64,000 nt of DNA from the NCBI GenBank assembly GCA_038207785.1, contig JBBQZK010000005.1, positions 318 to 64,317 of the forward strand. The letters run 5' to 3'. The DNA is from Candidatus Limnocylindria bacterium (GTDB lineage Bacteria; Chloroflexota; Limnocylindria; P2-11E). Positions 17,273 through 27,760 of this stretch are shown here, piece after piece; the first letter of the stretch is position 1; each line of letters starts with the position of its first letter. Both the position numbers and the translations under genes were made by a program. Below the pieces are notes generated by a model, which was given only the letters and a program-made list of their open reading frames with translations, ran no database searches and was not told the DNA's origin.

Positions 17273-18442
17273 CTACACAGCGCGCATCGAGCTGCGCTCT
17301 GACGCTGAAATGCTCGTCGCACGTCCCGTCGCGGCCGCCGACAGGATCGCATCGCAGATGACCGCCGCGCGGTACCCATCGTCGAAGCTCGCTTGATCGT
17401 CACTCAGAGCTCGCTCGTGGATGAAGGCATCCAGAAAGTCGCGCCATTGGTGCGCGAATGTGTGCTCCCAGCCGAGGATATGTCCCGGGTTCCACCAGAT
17501 CCCGAGGAACGGGTGGTCGCGTTCGGTCACCAGCACGTCGCGAAAGCCGCCCAGGCCACCGATGTCATCCTGCGCCAGATACACGTGCAGCCGGTTGAGG
17601 TCCTCCAGGTCCCACCAGAGCGATCCCGCCGAACCGTTGAGCTCGATGCGTTGACGGCCCTTCCAGCCGGTCGCGCATCGCGAGGCTTCGAGGGTCGCGA
17701 GCGCCCCGCCGGCGAGCTCGAGGACCGCGGCGTACGCGTCCTCATTTTCGACGGGGAGCATGCGGTCGCTGTGGTCCGGGTCGGGGCGCTCATCGATGAA
17801 GCGGCTCACCACCGCCGAGACCGACACCGGCTCGCCTGCGAGGTAGCGCATGAGGTCGAGGAGGTGTGAGTAGTCACCGACTGCCCCATTCGACGGGCGC
17901 GACGCCGTGAACCGCCAGCTTCGAGCCACCTCGGGCGAGCGGGCCCAGTCCTGTAGGTACGTAGCCCGCACGTGGTGCACGTCGCCAAGCCGGCCCCTCG
18001 CGACGAGCTGGCGAGCCAGCCGGATCGCAGGAACAAATCGATAGTTGAAGCCGCACGCGTGAAGGGCACCCGACGCACGCGCGCAGCGCAGCATTCGGCC
18101 GGCCTCTGCGGAGTCGCCGCCGAGTGGCTTTTCGCAGAGCACCGCCTTGCCGGCCTCTAAGGCGGCCGTCGCGGCGACCTCGTGGTTCTCGGTCGGGCTC
18201 AGCACAGCGACCACGTCCACGTCAGGGTCGGCGACGACCTGCCGCCAGTCCGTCGACCACCGTGCGAACCCAAGGTCGCGGGCGCTCCGTTCGACCGCGT
18301 CGGGATCGCGGCCGGCCACGCTCACGAGCCGGAGCGCCCGGGGGAGGGGGGCGACGTGGCCGATCGTGAGGATCGCGTGCGCATGTACGCGCGCCATCCA
18401 GCTGTGCCCAATGAAGCCGATGCCGATCGGCGATCCGGCCAC
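17273..18442 (-). CDS. Gfo/Idh/MocA oxidoreductase
   Basis: CEKPLG, GFNYRFVPA, YLQDW, GDYSHLLD, GWEHTF. Confidence 0.88.
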   Translation of the reverse strand: MAGSPIGIGFIGHSWMARVHAHAILTIGHVAPLPRALRLVSVAGRDPDAVERSARDLGFARWSTDWRQVVADPDVDVVAVLSPTENHEVAATAALEAGKAVLCEKPLGGDSAEAGRMLRCARASGALHACGFNYRFVPAIRLARQLVARGRLGDVHHVRATYLQDWARSPEVARSWRFTASRPSNGAVGDYSHLLDLMRYLAGEPVSVSAVVSRFIDERPDPDHSDRMLPVENEDAYAAVLELAGGALATLEASRCATGWKGRQRIELNGSAGSLWWDLEDLNRLHVYLAQDDIGGLGGFRDVLVTERDHPFLGIWWNPGHILGWEHTFAHQWRDFLDAFIHERALSDDQASFDDGYRAAVICDAILSAAATGRATSISASERSSMRAV

Positions 18443-18443
18443 G

Positions 18444-19355
18444 CTAGATCGGACGCGCCACGGGATTGGACCAGGCCCGGCGCCCGTCGCGATCTACGAC
18501 AGTCACGCGGAACCATGGCGCATCCAAGCCGGAGGCATCGAGTACGACCTCGACGAGGTTCGCGCCCTTCACCTGGACGACCGCGGATCCGTTCCCCCGG
18601 GCGAAGACCCAGGCCGCGGGGGAGCAGCTGACAACGAGCCGTCCGGAGCGGTCGATCGAGATGTCTCGGATCTCCGGTCCGATGCTCGAGTAGTACGCCC
18701 CTGCCTTGAGCGCCGCGACGATCTGAACGGCCGACCGCTCTTCGGTCTTCACCCAGACCCACCCAGCGAGCGCGTCCTCGCGATCGTCCGTGAAGTGGGC
18801 GTCGTCTGTGGCGCATGCGGTGTACTGCCCGCCCTTGAGCAACAGTCGATCGAAGACGTGCCAGCTGTCGGCGCGGTCGTTCAGCCCTGCCGCCGTCGCA
18901 TTCCAGGCCTCGATGGCATGGATGGGTCCGAGGGTCCGGATCTCGTCCTCGCCGAGGTTGTACCAGGCCGGATGATTCGCGACCACGAATGCGCCGGCGT
19001 CGAGCGCGCGCCGCGCGATCCCTGGACCGGTCTCATCCGGCGAGGGCGGGGCGAAGTCCGCGGGTAGACCGATCCCGAGCATGTGCCAGTGCTCGCCGGA
19101 CTCCACCCGTCCGGCATGCAGCTCCGCCCCGCGAACGGTCACGAAGCCGTCGCGGTCGAAGGGCGTCGCGTCAGTGATCGGATAGCCGAACCGATCGAGG
19201 AAGTGATCGGAGAGACACAGGAAGTCGTAGCCGGCCTTCGCGTAGATGTCGCAGATGGCCTCCGGCGTCAGGCGACCGTCGGAGCGTGTCGAATGGCAGT
19301 GCAGATTCCCACGCCGGAAGCGCCCAGGCAGCGCGAACGGGTTGCTCCAGCTCAC
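18444..19355 (-). CDS. PHP-domain (CehA/McbA-like) metallohydrolase
   Basis: RGNLHCHSTRSDG, LSDH, GAELH, NHP, ATDDAH. Confidence 0.85.
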   Translation of the reverse strand: MSWSNPFALPGRFRRGNLHCHSTRSDGRLTPEAICDIYAKAGYDFLCLSDHFLDRFGYPITDATPFDRDGFVTVRGAELHAGRVESGEHWHMLGIGLPADFAPPSPDETGPGIARRALDAGAFVVANHPAWYNLGEDEIRTLGPIHAIEAWNATAAGLNDRADSWHVFDRLLLKGGQYTACATDDAHFTDDREDALAGWVWVKTEERSAVQIVAALKAGAYYSSIGPEIRDISIDRSGRLVVSCSPAAWVFARGNGSAVVQVKGANLVEVVLDASGLDAPWFRVTVVDRDGRRAWSNPVARPI

Positions 19356-20212
19356 AGACCCTTCACTCCTCCGAGGATCGCTTCCGGCCGGATCTGGCGC
19401 TGGATCAGCACCAGCAGCGCGAGCGACGGCAGCAGCAGGATGACGGAGATGGCGCTTGCCACCTCTTGGAAGCCGTCGCCGATCGCAAGATACGTCTGGA
19501 CCGTCAAGGTGAGCGTGCCGGGGCCGTAGGTCACCAGCGTCAAGGTGAATTCGTTCAACGAGGTGATGAGCGCGAATAACGTCGCGGCCATGAGGCCCGG
19601 GAGCGCCATCGGCATCGCCAGGTGCACGGTGTTCCGTAGCCAGCTGCCACCGCAGACCCGGCCGGCCTCGAACACCCGCTCGTCAAGGGATTCGAAGGTC
19701 GCGGTCATGATCAGCACGACGAACGGCATCGCCAGCACCGCGTGCGCCAGCGCGACGCCGATGTGGGTGTTCACCAGACCGAGGGCGTAGAACTCGCGTG
19801 ACGCTCCGAGGGCGAAGGTGATCGGCGGGATCGTCTTCGGGAGCAAGACGAGGGTGAGCAGCAGGCTCTTCGCCGGAATGCGACGTCGCGCGATCGCCCA
19901 CGCGGTGGGCACACCGATGATCAGGCTGATCAACACGCACAGCGCCGCGATGAGGAACGAGTTGCCGAGGACCTGCGGAATGTGGGTGACGTTCAGGGCC
20001 CACTCGAACCAGCGGAGGGTGACGGATTCGGGGAACAACCGGCCGCCGAACCAGCCTTGGCCGAACGCCATCGTCAGGATCGCGATGAACGGGCTGACCA
20101 CGTAGAGCAGAAAGGCGAACAACAAGGTGTACGCGAGGATCCGGCCGAGGTGCGGGACCGCCGGCATCCCCCGGGTCCTGGCCGGCGTCATCGGAAGCGC
20201 GATCTGGCTCAT
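19352..20212 (-). CDS. ABC transporter permease
   Basis: TM segments and EAA-like motif FEAGRVCGGS. Confidence 0.88.
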   Translation of the reverse strand: MSQIALPMTPARTRGMPAVPHLGRILAYTLLFAFLLYVVSPFIAILTMAFGQGWFGGRLFPESVTLRWFEWALNVTHIPQVLGNSFLIAALCVLISLIIGVPTAWAIARRRIPAKSLLLTLVLLPKTIPPITFALGASREFYALGLVNTHIGVALAHAVLAMPFVVLIMTATFESLDERVFEAGRVCGGSWLRNTVHLAMPMALPGLMAATLFALITSLNEFTLTLVTYGPGTLTLTVQTYLAIGDGFQEVASAISVILLLPSLALLVLIQRQIRPEAILGGVKGL

Positions 20213-21108
20213 GCCCGGACCCGTCGCCGAGGCGGGCTGGACAGCCGCAGGTACACGGTGATCACCACGAGCGAGACGACCGCCATCAGCATCGCAAGCG
20301 CGCTGCCGCGCGCGAAGTGCTGGAACGTCGATGCCTCGGTATAGATGACGACGGCGAGCGGTCGCAGATCACCGCCGGCGATGATCGGCACGTTGAATGC
20401 GCCGAAGGCCAGGAGGAACGTGAGGATCGATCCGGAGCGGATGCCCGGCCAGCTCAGGGGGAATGTCACGCTCCCGAATACCTGCCAGGGGCTGCCGCCG
20501 GAGACTCGTGCAGCCTCTTCGACGTTCGTGTCGAGGCCTTCGATCGCCGAGAGCGTCGTCAGGATCGTGTACGGCGCGTAGAGCCAGGTGTAGAAAAGGA
20601 GCAGTCCCGGCACCGTGTAATCGATCGACAAGGGCCCTCCGCCCGGGGCCAGGTGGCTGAAGAGCCGGTTCAGCCAGCCATTCTTGTCCCAGATGATCAG
20701 GAGTCCGAGCGCGCTGATGAGCGCGAGCACCATGAGCGGCGTCAGGATCAAGAGCCGGATGAGTCGATGGCCACGCATCTTCTGTCGGAGGGTCAGCGCC
20801 AGCGGTACGGCGAGCAACACGGACAGGATGGTCGTACCGACCGCGAGCAGGGTGGTCAGGGCCAGGGCGCCGAGGTACTTCTCCGAGGTGAGGATGTTCT
20901 GATACTGCGCGAGCGTTGGGCCGACGCCCGCGTCGGTCTCGAGGCTCGTGAGGAACGTGACCCCGAGCGGGTAGGCGAAGAACGCCAGGATGTAGGCGAT
21001 CGCGGGGCCGAGCATGAGCACCGTGAGGGCGCGACCTTCGCCCCCGTTGCCACGGCGGGGTGCCGCGGCAACGGGGGCGGACGCAACGGCGATCTGCTCA
21101 GCCGCCAT
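20209..21108 (-). CDS. ABC transporter permease
   Basis: TM segments and EEAARVSGGS motif. Confidence 0.88.
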   Translation of the reverse strand: MAAEQIAVASAPVAAAPRRGNGGEGRALTVLMLGPAIAYILAFFAYPLGVTFLTSLETDAGVGPTLAQYQNILTSEKYLGALALTTLLAVGTTILSVLLAVPLALTLRQKMRGHRLIRLLILTPLMVLALISALGLLIIWDKNGWLNRLFSHLAPGGGPLSIDYTVPGLLLFYTWLYAPYTILTTLSAIEGLDTNVEEAARVSGGSPWQVFGSVTFPLSWPGIRSGSILTFLLAFGAFNVPIIAGGDLRPLAVVIYTEASTFQHFARGSALAMLMAVVSLVVITVYLRLSSPPRRRVRA

Positions 21109-21111
21109 CGG

Positions 21112-22281
21112 TCAGGGCTTGCCTACGTACGTCCCGCCATTCTCCTTCAGCCAGTTGTAGGACGGGAGATTGCCGAGCGGGATGCGCCTGGCCTTCACGG
21201 TGTCCCACGCTGGGATCCGGTCATTGATCTTCGCAGGCACCGCGTCGAACTTGTTGATCGCCATGTACTGATACATCTCGGTCAGCATGCGGAGCTGCGT
21301 CTTCTCCGAGATGAGCCAGTTGATCAGCGCATTCGCATTCTTCTTCTGATCAGCGGAGGCATTGGCGGGAGCTGCCAGGTAGGCCGCCCCGCCGTACATG
21401 CCCGTCGGGAACACCGATGCCTTCACGGACTGTTGGAGCAACCCCTGGTCCGCGGACCAGAGCGTGAAGTCGATCGCATACTCGGTGATCCACACATCAC
21501 CGCTCTTGAACTGCTGGAACAGCGTGTTGGGCTCACCCGCGAGCGGTTGGTAGAAGTTCGACGAGAACTCCTTGAACTTCGCGAGGCCCGCGGCCCATTC
21601 CGGCGTGGTCTGCAGTGGATCGGGGAATGTCTTCGAGAAGTCCACGCCTGCGCCGATAAGGAAGTCCCGCATCATGAGTCGCCCGCCGCCCGAGGCGGCA
21701 TCCGGTCGGATCATGCCGATGTGGCCCTTCCACTCGGCCCGGCGCGCATAGAAGTCGTCCCACGACGTCGGCGGTTTCGAGATCTTTGCCGAGTCGTAGA
21801 CGATGCCGAACTGGTCGCGCCAGAACGGTGTTGCCCGACCCGTCGTCGCTACGCCGAACGCTTCTTTCAGATCGTTGGCGTCGATGAGCGACAGGTTCGG
21901 GATCTCCGCTTTCGCATCCGTCAGCGTGCTGAACGGGATCTTCGCGTCGATCATGTTGCCGAGGACGTCTGGCTTGAGCAGCGTGAGACCCACGTCGCCC
22001 TGGCCGGCGCTCTGCGCCTTGAGGCGCGTGAGGAGATCGGCACCCGACCCCGGTAGGTAGGAGATCTTGATCCCCAGCTCCTTCTCCGCGTCAGGAAGGA
22101 TCTTCGCGAAGAACGCCTGGAAGTTCGCGCCACCCGCCGAATCCAGGAATGTGATCGACCCGTTGCTTCCCGGAGCCGGCAGCGCGGAAGCTCCAGTAGC
22201 CGCAGGGGAACCCGCCCCGGCACCGCCACACGCACCAACGACCAGCATGGCCACGATCCCGACGATGAACGATGTACGCAT
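21112..22281 (-). CDS. ABC substrate-binding lipoprotein (PotD/AfuA-like fold)
   Basis: SD GGGAGG before the ATG at 22281. Lipobox LVVGAC, GIVYDS..PPTSWDD. Confidence 0.85.
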   Translation of the reverse strand: MRTSFIVGIVAMLVVGACGGAGAGSPAATGASALPAPGSNGSITFLDSAGGANFQAFFAKILPDAEKELGIKISYLPGSGADLLTRLKAQSAGQGDVGLTLLKPDVLGNMIDAKIPFSTLTDAKAEIPNLSLIDANDLKEAFGVATTGRATPFWRDQFGIVYDSAKISKPPTSWDDFYARRAEWKGHIGMIRPDAASGGGRLMMRDFLIGAGVDFSKTFPDPLQTTPEWAAGLAKFKEFSSNFYQPLAGEPNTLFQQFKSGDVWITEYAIDFTLWSADQGLLQQSVKASVFPTGMYGGAAYLAAPANASADQKKNANALINWLISEKTQLRMLTEMYQYMAINKFDAVPAKINDRIPAWDTVKARRIPLGNLPSYNWLKENGGTYVGKP

Positions 22282-22317
22282 TTTCAACCTCCCGCGTTGC
22301 ACGGCACTATGCTCGCC

Positions 22318-22330
22318 GGAATGATATTCC
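22318..22330. promoter_or_regulatory. Candidate RpiR/IolR operator GGAA-N5-TTCC in the divergent promoter region
   Basis: GGAATGATATTCC flanked by an ACTATGC/GCATAGT inverted repeat. Confidence 0.5.
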
Positions 22331-22336
22331 TCAGTC

Positions 22337-23023
22337 GTGCATAGTTTGGCAATGGCCTTCCAATCACCTGTCACGGTTGCCTTCGACTGGAATGGAACGC
22401 TCGTCGCCGATGCCGCGCGCGCCTGCGCGGCCATGTGCGTGGTGCTTGAGCGCCGGGGACTTCCGCAGCTGGAGCGGGACCGATTTCATGAGGGATTTCG
22501 CCTGCCGCTCGGGGCCTGGGTGGCCGATCTTGGTGTGTCGGTAGCGGATGTCGGCGGCGCTGTCACGGAGTGGAACTCCGAGATGGGCCTGCGGCCAGCC
22601 GAGCTCTCCGCCGGAGCAGCGGACGCCATAGCGGCGATCCGCTCGCTGGGCATCCGTTGCGGGGTCGTGAGCGCAGCGGCCCGTGACGCGGTCCAGCGCG
22701 ATCTCGACCGACCTGCGTTGCGTGGCTTCGCCGATCAGCTCGACTTCGTCATCGGCGACGCGGAACCGAAGCGGGCTGCGTTCGCCAAGCTTGCGGGTGT
22801 CCGACCGCGTGACTTCGTGTACGTCGGCGATACCGAATACGACATGCTGGAGGCTCGCGCAGCCGGCGTTCGCTCGATCGGATTCGCCGGGGGATACCGT
22901 CCCCGCGGCGCGCTGGCGGTGGCCGGGGCCGAGTGGATCATCGATCAGCTCACCGAGCTGCCCTCCGTGCTGGACCGGATCTGGGCCGACGTTCTTCCTG
23001 TGGGTTCCGGTGGCTCGCGATGA
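22337..23023 (+). CDS. HAD-superfamily phosphatase (start may be 22352)
   Basis: FDWNGTL (DxN variant of motif I), VVS, YVGDTEYD. Confidence 0.85.
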   Translation: MHSLAMAFQSPVTVAFDWNGTLVADAARACAAMCVVLERRGLPQLERDRFHEGFRLPLGAWVADLGVSVADVGGAVTEWNSEMGLRPAELSAGAADAIAAIRSLGIRCGVVSAAARDAVQRDLDRPALRGFADQLDFVIGDAEPKRAAFAKLAGVRPRDFVYVGDTEYDMLEARAAGVRSIGFAGGYRPRGALAVAGAEWIIDQLTELPSVLDRIWADVLPVGSGGSR

Positions 23024-23909
23024 CCTCAGCGGACGCGTTCAGTGCGCGACGGGCCGCGGCCTGCGATCGCATCGCCACGGCCACGTAGAGCGCGTCCAAC
23101 AGGCAGAGGTGGGCGAGACGGCTTGCCATCGCCTCATGCCGGAAGGATTGCTCCGGCCCGCCACTCACGAGCACGATGTCAGCGAACCGTGAGATCTCGG
23201 ACCGCGCAAAGCTTGTGACCGCGACCGTCGTCGCGCCGACGTCCCGGGCCGCGCGCAGGGTCATCACTGTTTCGCGCGTCGCCCCGGTGTGCGTGATTGC
23301 GACGCAGACATCGCCGCGGCGCAGCAGTCGCGAGGCCACGTGCTGGACGTGCACATCGGGTGGCGCATCAGCCTGGACGCCGATCGTCCGGAATCGATAT
23401 GCGGCATCTTGTGCGAGCGGGGCCGAGGTACCCACACCGACGAATAGGACTTGGTGCGCGCGAGCGATGGCCTTCACTGCCTCCTCGAACCGATCGGGAT
23501 CGACGGTCCGCACACCTTCCGCCACGGTGTGAGCTGCGGCTGCGAACACCTTGAGCAGCACCGTGCCCGAACCGTCTCCGTTCGCGATATCTCCGTGGTG
23601 AAGCGGCTGTGCCCGAACCTCACCGGCGAGACTGACCTGCAGATCGCGAAAGCCGAGGAACCCCATGCGTTGGCACGAGCGGATGACCGTCGACGGTGAT
23701 GTCTTCGCACGTCGGGCGAGCGCCTCCGCGGTCGCGGTGACCGCGGAGGCCGGATCGTCGAGGATCGCGCGAGCCACGCGCGTGTCGCTGGGCGACAGCG
23801 AGGGCATAAGGCTCCTGATCCGCGGGACGACACTGCCCTGGAAGGTCGGCGCCGATCGACGACGGTTCGGCAGACCGCCGGCGGCCACCTTGCTTCGCTG
23901 CCGCGTCAC
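22950..23909 (-). CDS. RpiR/MurR-family transcriptional regulator (HTH plus SIS); start uncertain
   Basis: LSPSD.RVA, TSPSTVIRSCQRMGF.GF, GVGTSA, ITHTGAT, AVTS. Confidence 0.9.
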   Translation of the reverse strand: MTRQRSKVAAGGLPNRRRSAPTFQGSVVPRIRSLMPSLSPSDTRVARAILDDPASAVTATAEALARRAKTSPSTVIRSCQRMGFLGFRDLQVSLAGEVRAQPLHHGDIANGDGSGTVLLKVFAAAAHTVAEGVRTVDPDRFEEAVKAIARAHQVLFVGVGTSAPLAQDAAYRFRTIGVQADAPPDVHVQHVASRLLRRGDVCVAITHTGATRETVMTLRAARDVGATTVAVTSFARSEISRFADIVLVSGGPEQSFRHEAMASRLAHLCLLDALYVAVAMRSQAAARRALNASAEVIASHRNPQEERRPRSGPARRAAR

Positions 23910-24015
23910 ACGCAGGCCTGCACGAACCGCAGACTAACGACATCCTCGTCTCGTCAGGGGCGTCCGACTGGTCTATGAGTAGTTCTGAGCGCTGACGCAA
24001 TCGCGTTAGCCCACA

Positions 24016-24057
24016 GAGCCGGCGCTCGGACTCGAACCGCCGGCCGACGGCGTACGG
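24016..24057 (-). repeat. Degenerate tRNA-Thr 3'-half copy (att-like scar A)
   Basis: 28/42 ungapped identity (hand count) to 27193-27234. Confidence 0.55.
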
Positions 24058-24290
24058 TCCATCCATACGTCGCGACTGTTCGCCAGCGTTCGCCCGTTCG
24101 GGTCTGTACGTCGGTGGCAGCTCGTCGCCGTCCGCCGGCGTTGTGGCCGGAAACTATCGTCAGCTCGACGCGCGGGGATCGCGAAGAGGTGCTTGCGTTG
24201 TTACCGATACGTGCATTCGGCTCTTCTCGAAAATTGGGCACCCGACGCGGGCGACCGAATTGTCCTGGACTGTGCGACGACGACGAACTA

Positions 24291-24341
24291 AGCCGACGGG
24301 CAGACTCGAACTGACGACCGGCGGCTCCGGCGGTTTACGAA
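24291..24341 (-). repeat. Degenerate tRNA-Thr(CGT) 3'-half copy (att-like scar B)
   Basis: 32/42 identity to the tRNA 3' half, plus a 9-nt insertion. Retains TTCGAG and the anticodon loop TTCGTAA. Confidence 0.7.
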
Positions 24342-24477
24342 TCGCAATGAGGCACGCTCGGCTCGCGAGTGTTCCGCACATGTAGACCCGCGCCGTACCG
24401 CGGTTTACGGCCCTGTTTCGCCCCAACTGCTGCGCGGATTGCTGCACACAGACTGGCTCACCGGTGGACGCGAGAGA

Positions 24478-26886
<2,409 letters not shown>

Positions 26887-26890
26887 CTAC

Positions 26891-27109
26891 CTAGGATGCC
26901 GACCGTGTGCTGCGCTCGTCAGCTGCCTTGTTGGCGAGGACTAGCTCCGACGGAGTGGGCTGACGGTGAGCACAGGCGAAGCGCATTCCACCCTGCGTGA
27001 CGGTCGCGGCTTCTGCGTGGTGCTCAATGCAGAGTCCTACCCCGCAGAAGCGGCACGTGGCGACGGCTTCCCTCGCCGTGCCTTTCTTGATGCATTCGTA
27101 GCAGTTCAA
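26891..27109 (-). CDS. Small Cys/His-rich protein (DUF2180-like)
   Basis: MNCYEC...CRFCG.GLC.EHH. TTG start with SD AAGGGG. Confidence 0.65.
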   Translation of the reverse strand: MNCYECIKKGTAREAVATCRFCGVGLCIEHHAEAATVTQGGMRFACAHRQPTPSELVLANKAADERSTRSAS

Positions 27110-27193
27110 CGCATCCCCTTTCTTCGTTTATCTTTTTTCAGCGTCCTCAGCATTTTACCAAGCGCAATGCGCAGATTCCCCCACAAATCGCGG

Positions 27194-27266
27194 AGCCGAC
27201 GAAGGGGCTCGAACCCTTGACCTGCGGTTTACGAAACCGCTGCTCTACCAACTGAGCTACGTCGGC
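27194..27266 (-). tRNA. tRNA-Thr(CGT); full CCA not encoded
   Basis: GCCGACG/CGTCGGC acceptor stem, AGCTCAGTTGGTAGAGC D arm, GCGGT-TTCGTAA-ACCGC anticodon arm, AAGGG-TTCGAGC-CCCTT T arm. Confidence 0.97.
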
Positions 27267-27282
27267 ACGAAGGCCGAAGTCC

Positions 27283-27288
27283 ATTTTA
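27283..27288 (-). promoter_or_regulatory. -10 box (TAAAAT) of the tRNA promoter
   Basis: Located 16 nt upstream of the tRNA 5' end. Confidence 0.55.
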
Positions 27289-27310
27289 GACCGCGTCGGC
27301 GTCCAGCCCG

Positions 27311-27760
27311 TCAGAAGAAGCGGTGGTAGTGCACGAATTCTTCGTCGAGAGTCCAGCCGCATGCTTCGTACAGGCGCTGGGCGCTGAGATTCGTGATCTG
27401 CGTGCTGAGGGTCAGGCCCTTCGCGCCGGTCTCGGTGGCCCAGCGCTCCGCGCGGAGGACGAGCGCCCGCCCGGCGCCCGACTGCCGGGAGTCAGGTTCG
27501 ACGTACAGGTCGTTCAACACCCAGAGGCGCTTCATCGATACGGATGAGAACGACGGATAGAGCTGCGTGAATCCGACGATCTCGCCCTCGGCGACCGCGA
27601 GGAAGATCACGGACTCACCGCGCTTCAGGCGATCGGCGAGGAACGCCCGTGCTCCATCGAGGTCGGACGGCTGCCCGTAGAACACGCGATACCCATCGAA
27701 GAGCGGCACGAGCGCGTCGAGGTCATCTAGCTCCGCGCGCACGGTGCGGACCTCACGCAC
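27311..27760 (-). CDS. GNAT N-acetyltransferase
   Basis: LFDGYRVFYGQ, GFTQLYPSFSS, LNDLYV..SR..GAG, AQRLYE. Confidence 0.88.
   Translation of the reverse strand: MREVRTVRAELDDLDALVPLFDGYRVFYGQPSDLDGARAFLADRLKRGESVIFLAVAEGEIVGFTQLYPSFSSVSMKRLWVLNDLYVEPDSRQSGAGRALVLRAERWATETGAKGLTLSTQITNLSAQRLYEACGWTLDEEFVHYHRFF

Noticed and set aside
20317-22056. Long antisense ORFs (also 31972-34125, 35530-38205, 41607-43433, 51118-53070, 11901-12431 extension)
   Set aside because: These are shadows of real genes in high-GC DNA: Arg/Pro/Gly-rich, with no family motifs, and opposite well-supported CDS.
22950-23023. 74-bp convergent overlap of HAD and RpiR (and a 62-bp overlap at 2078-2139) as a regulatory feature
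   Set aside because: Both involve low-complexity C-terminal extensions typical of stop-codon drift, with no further supporting signal.
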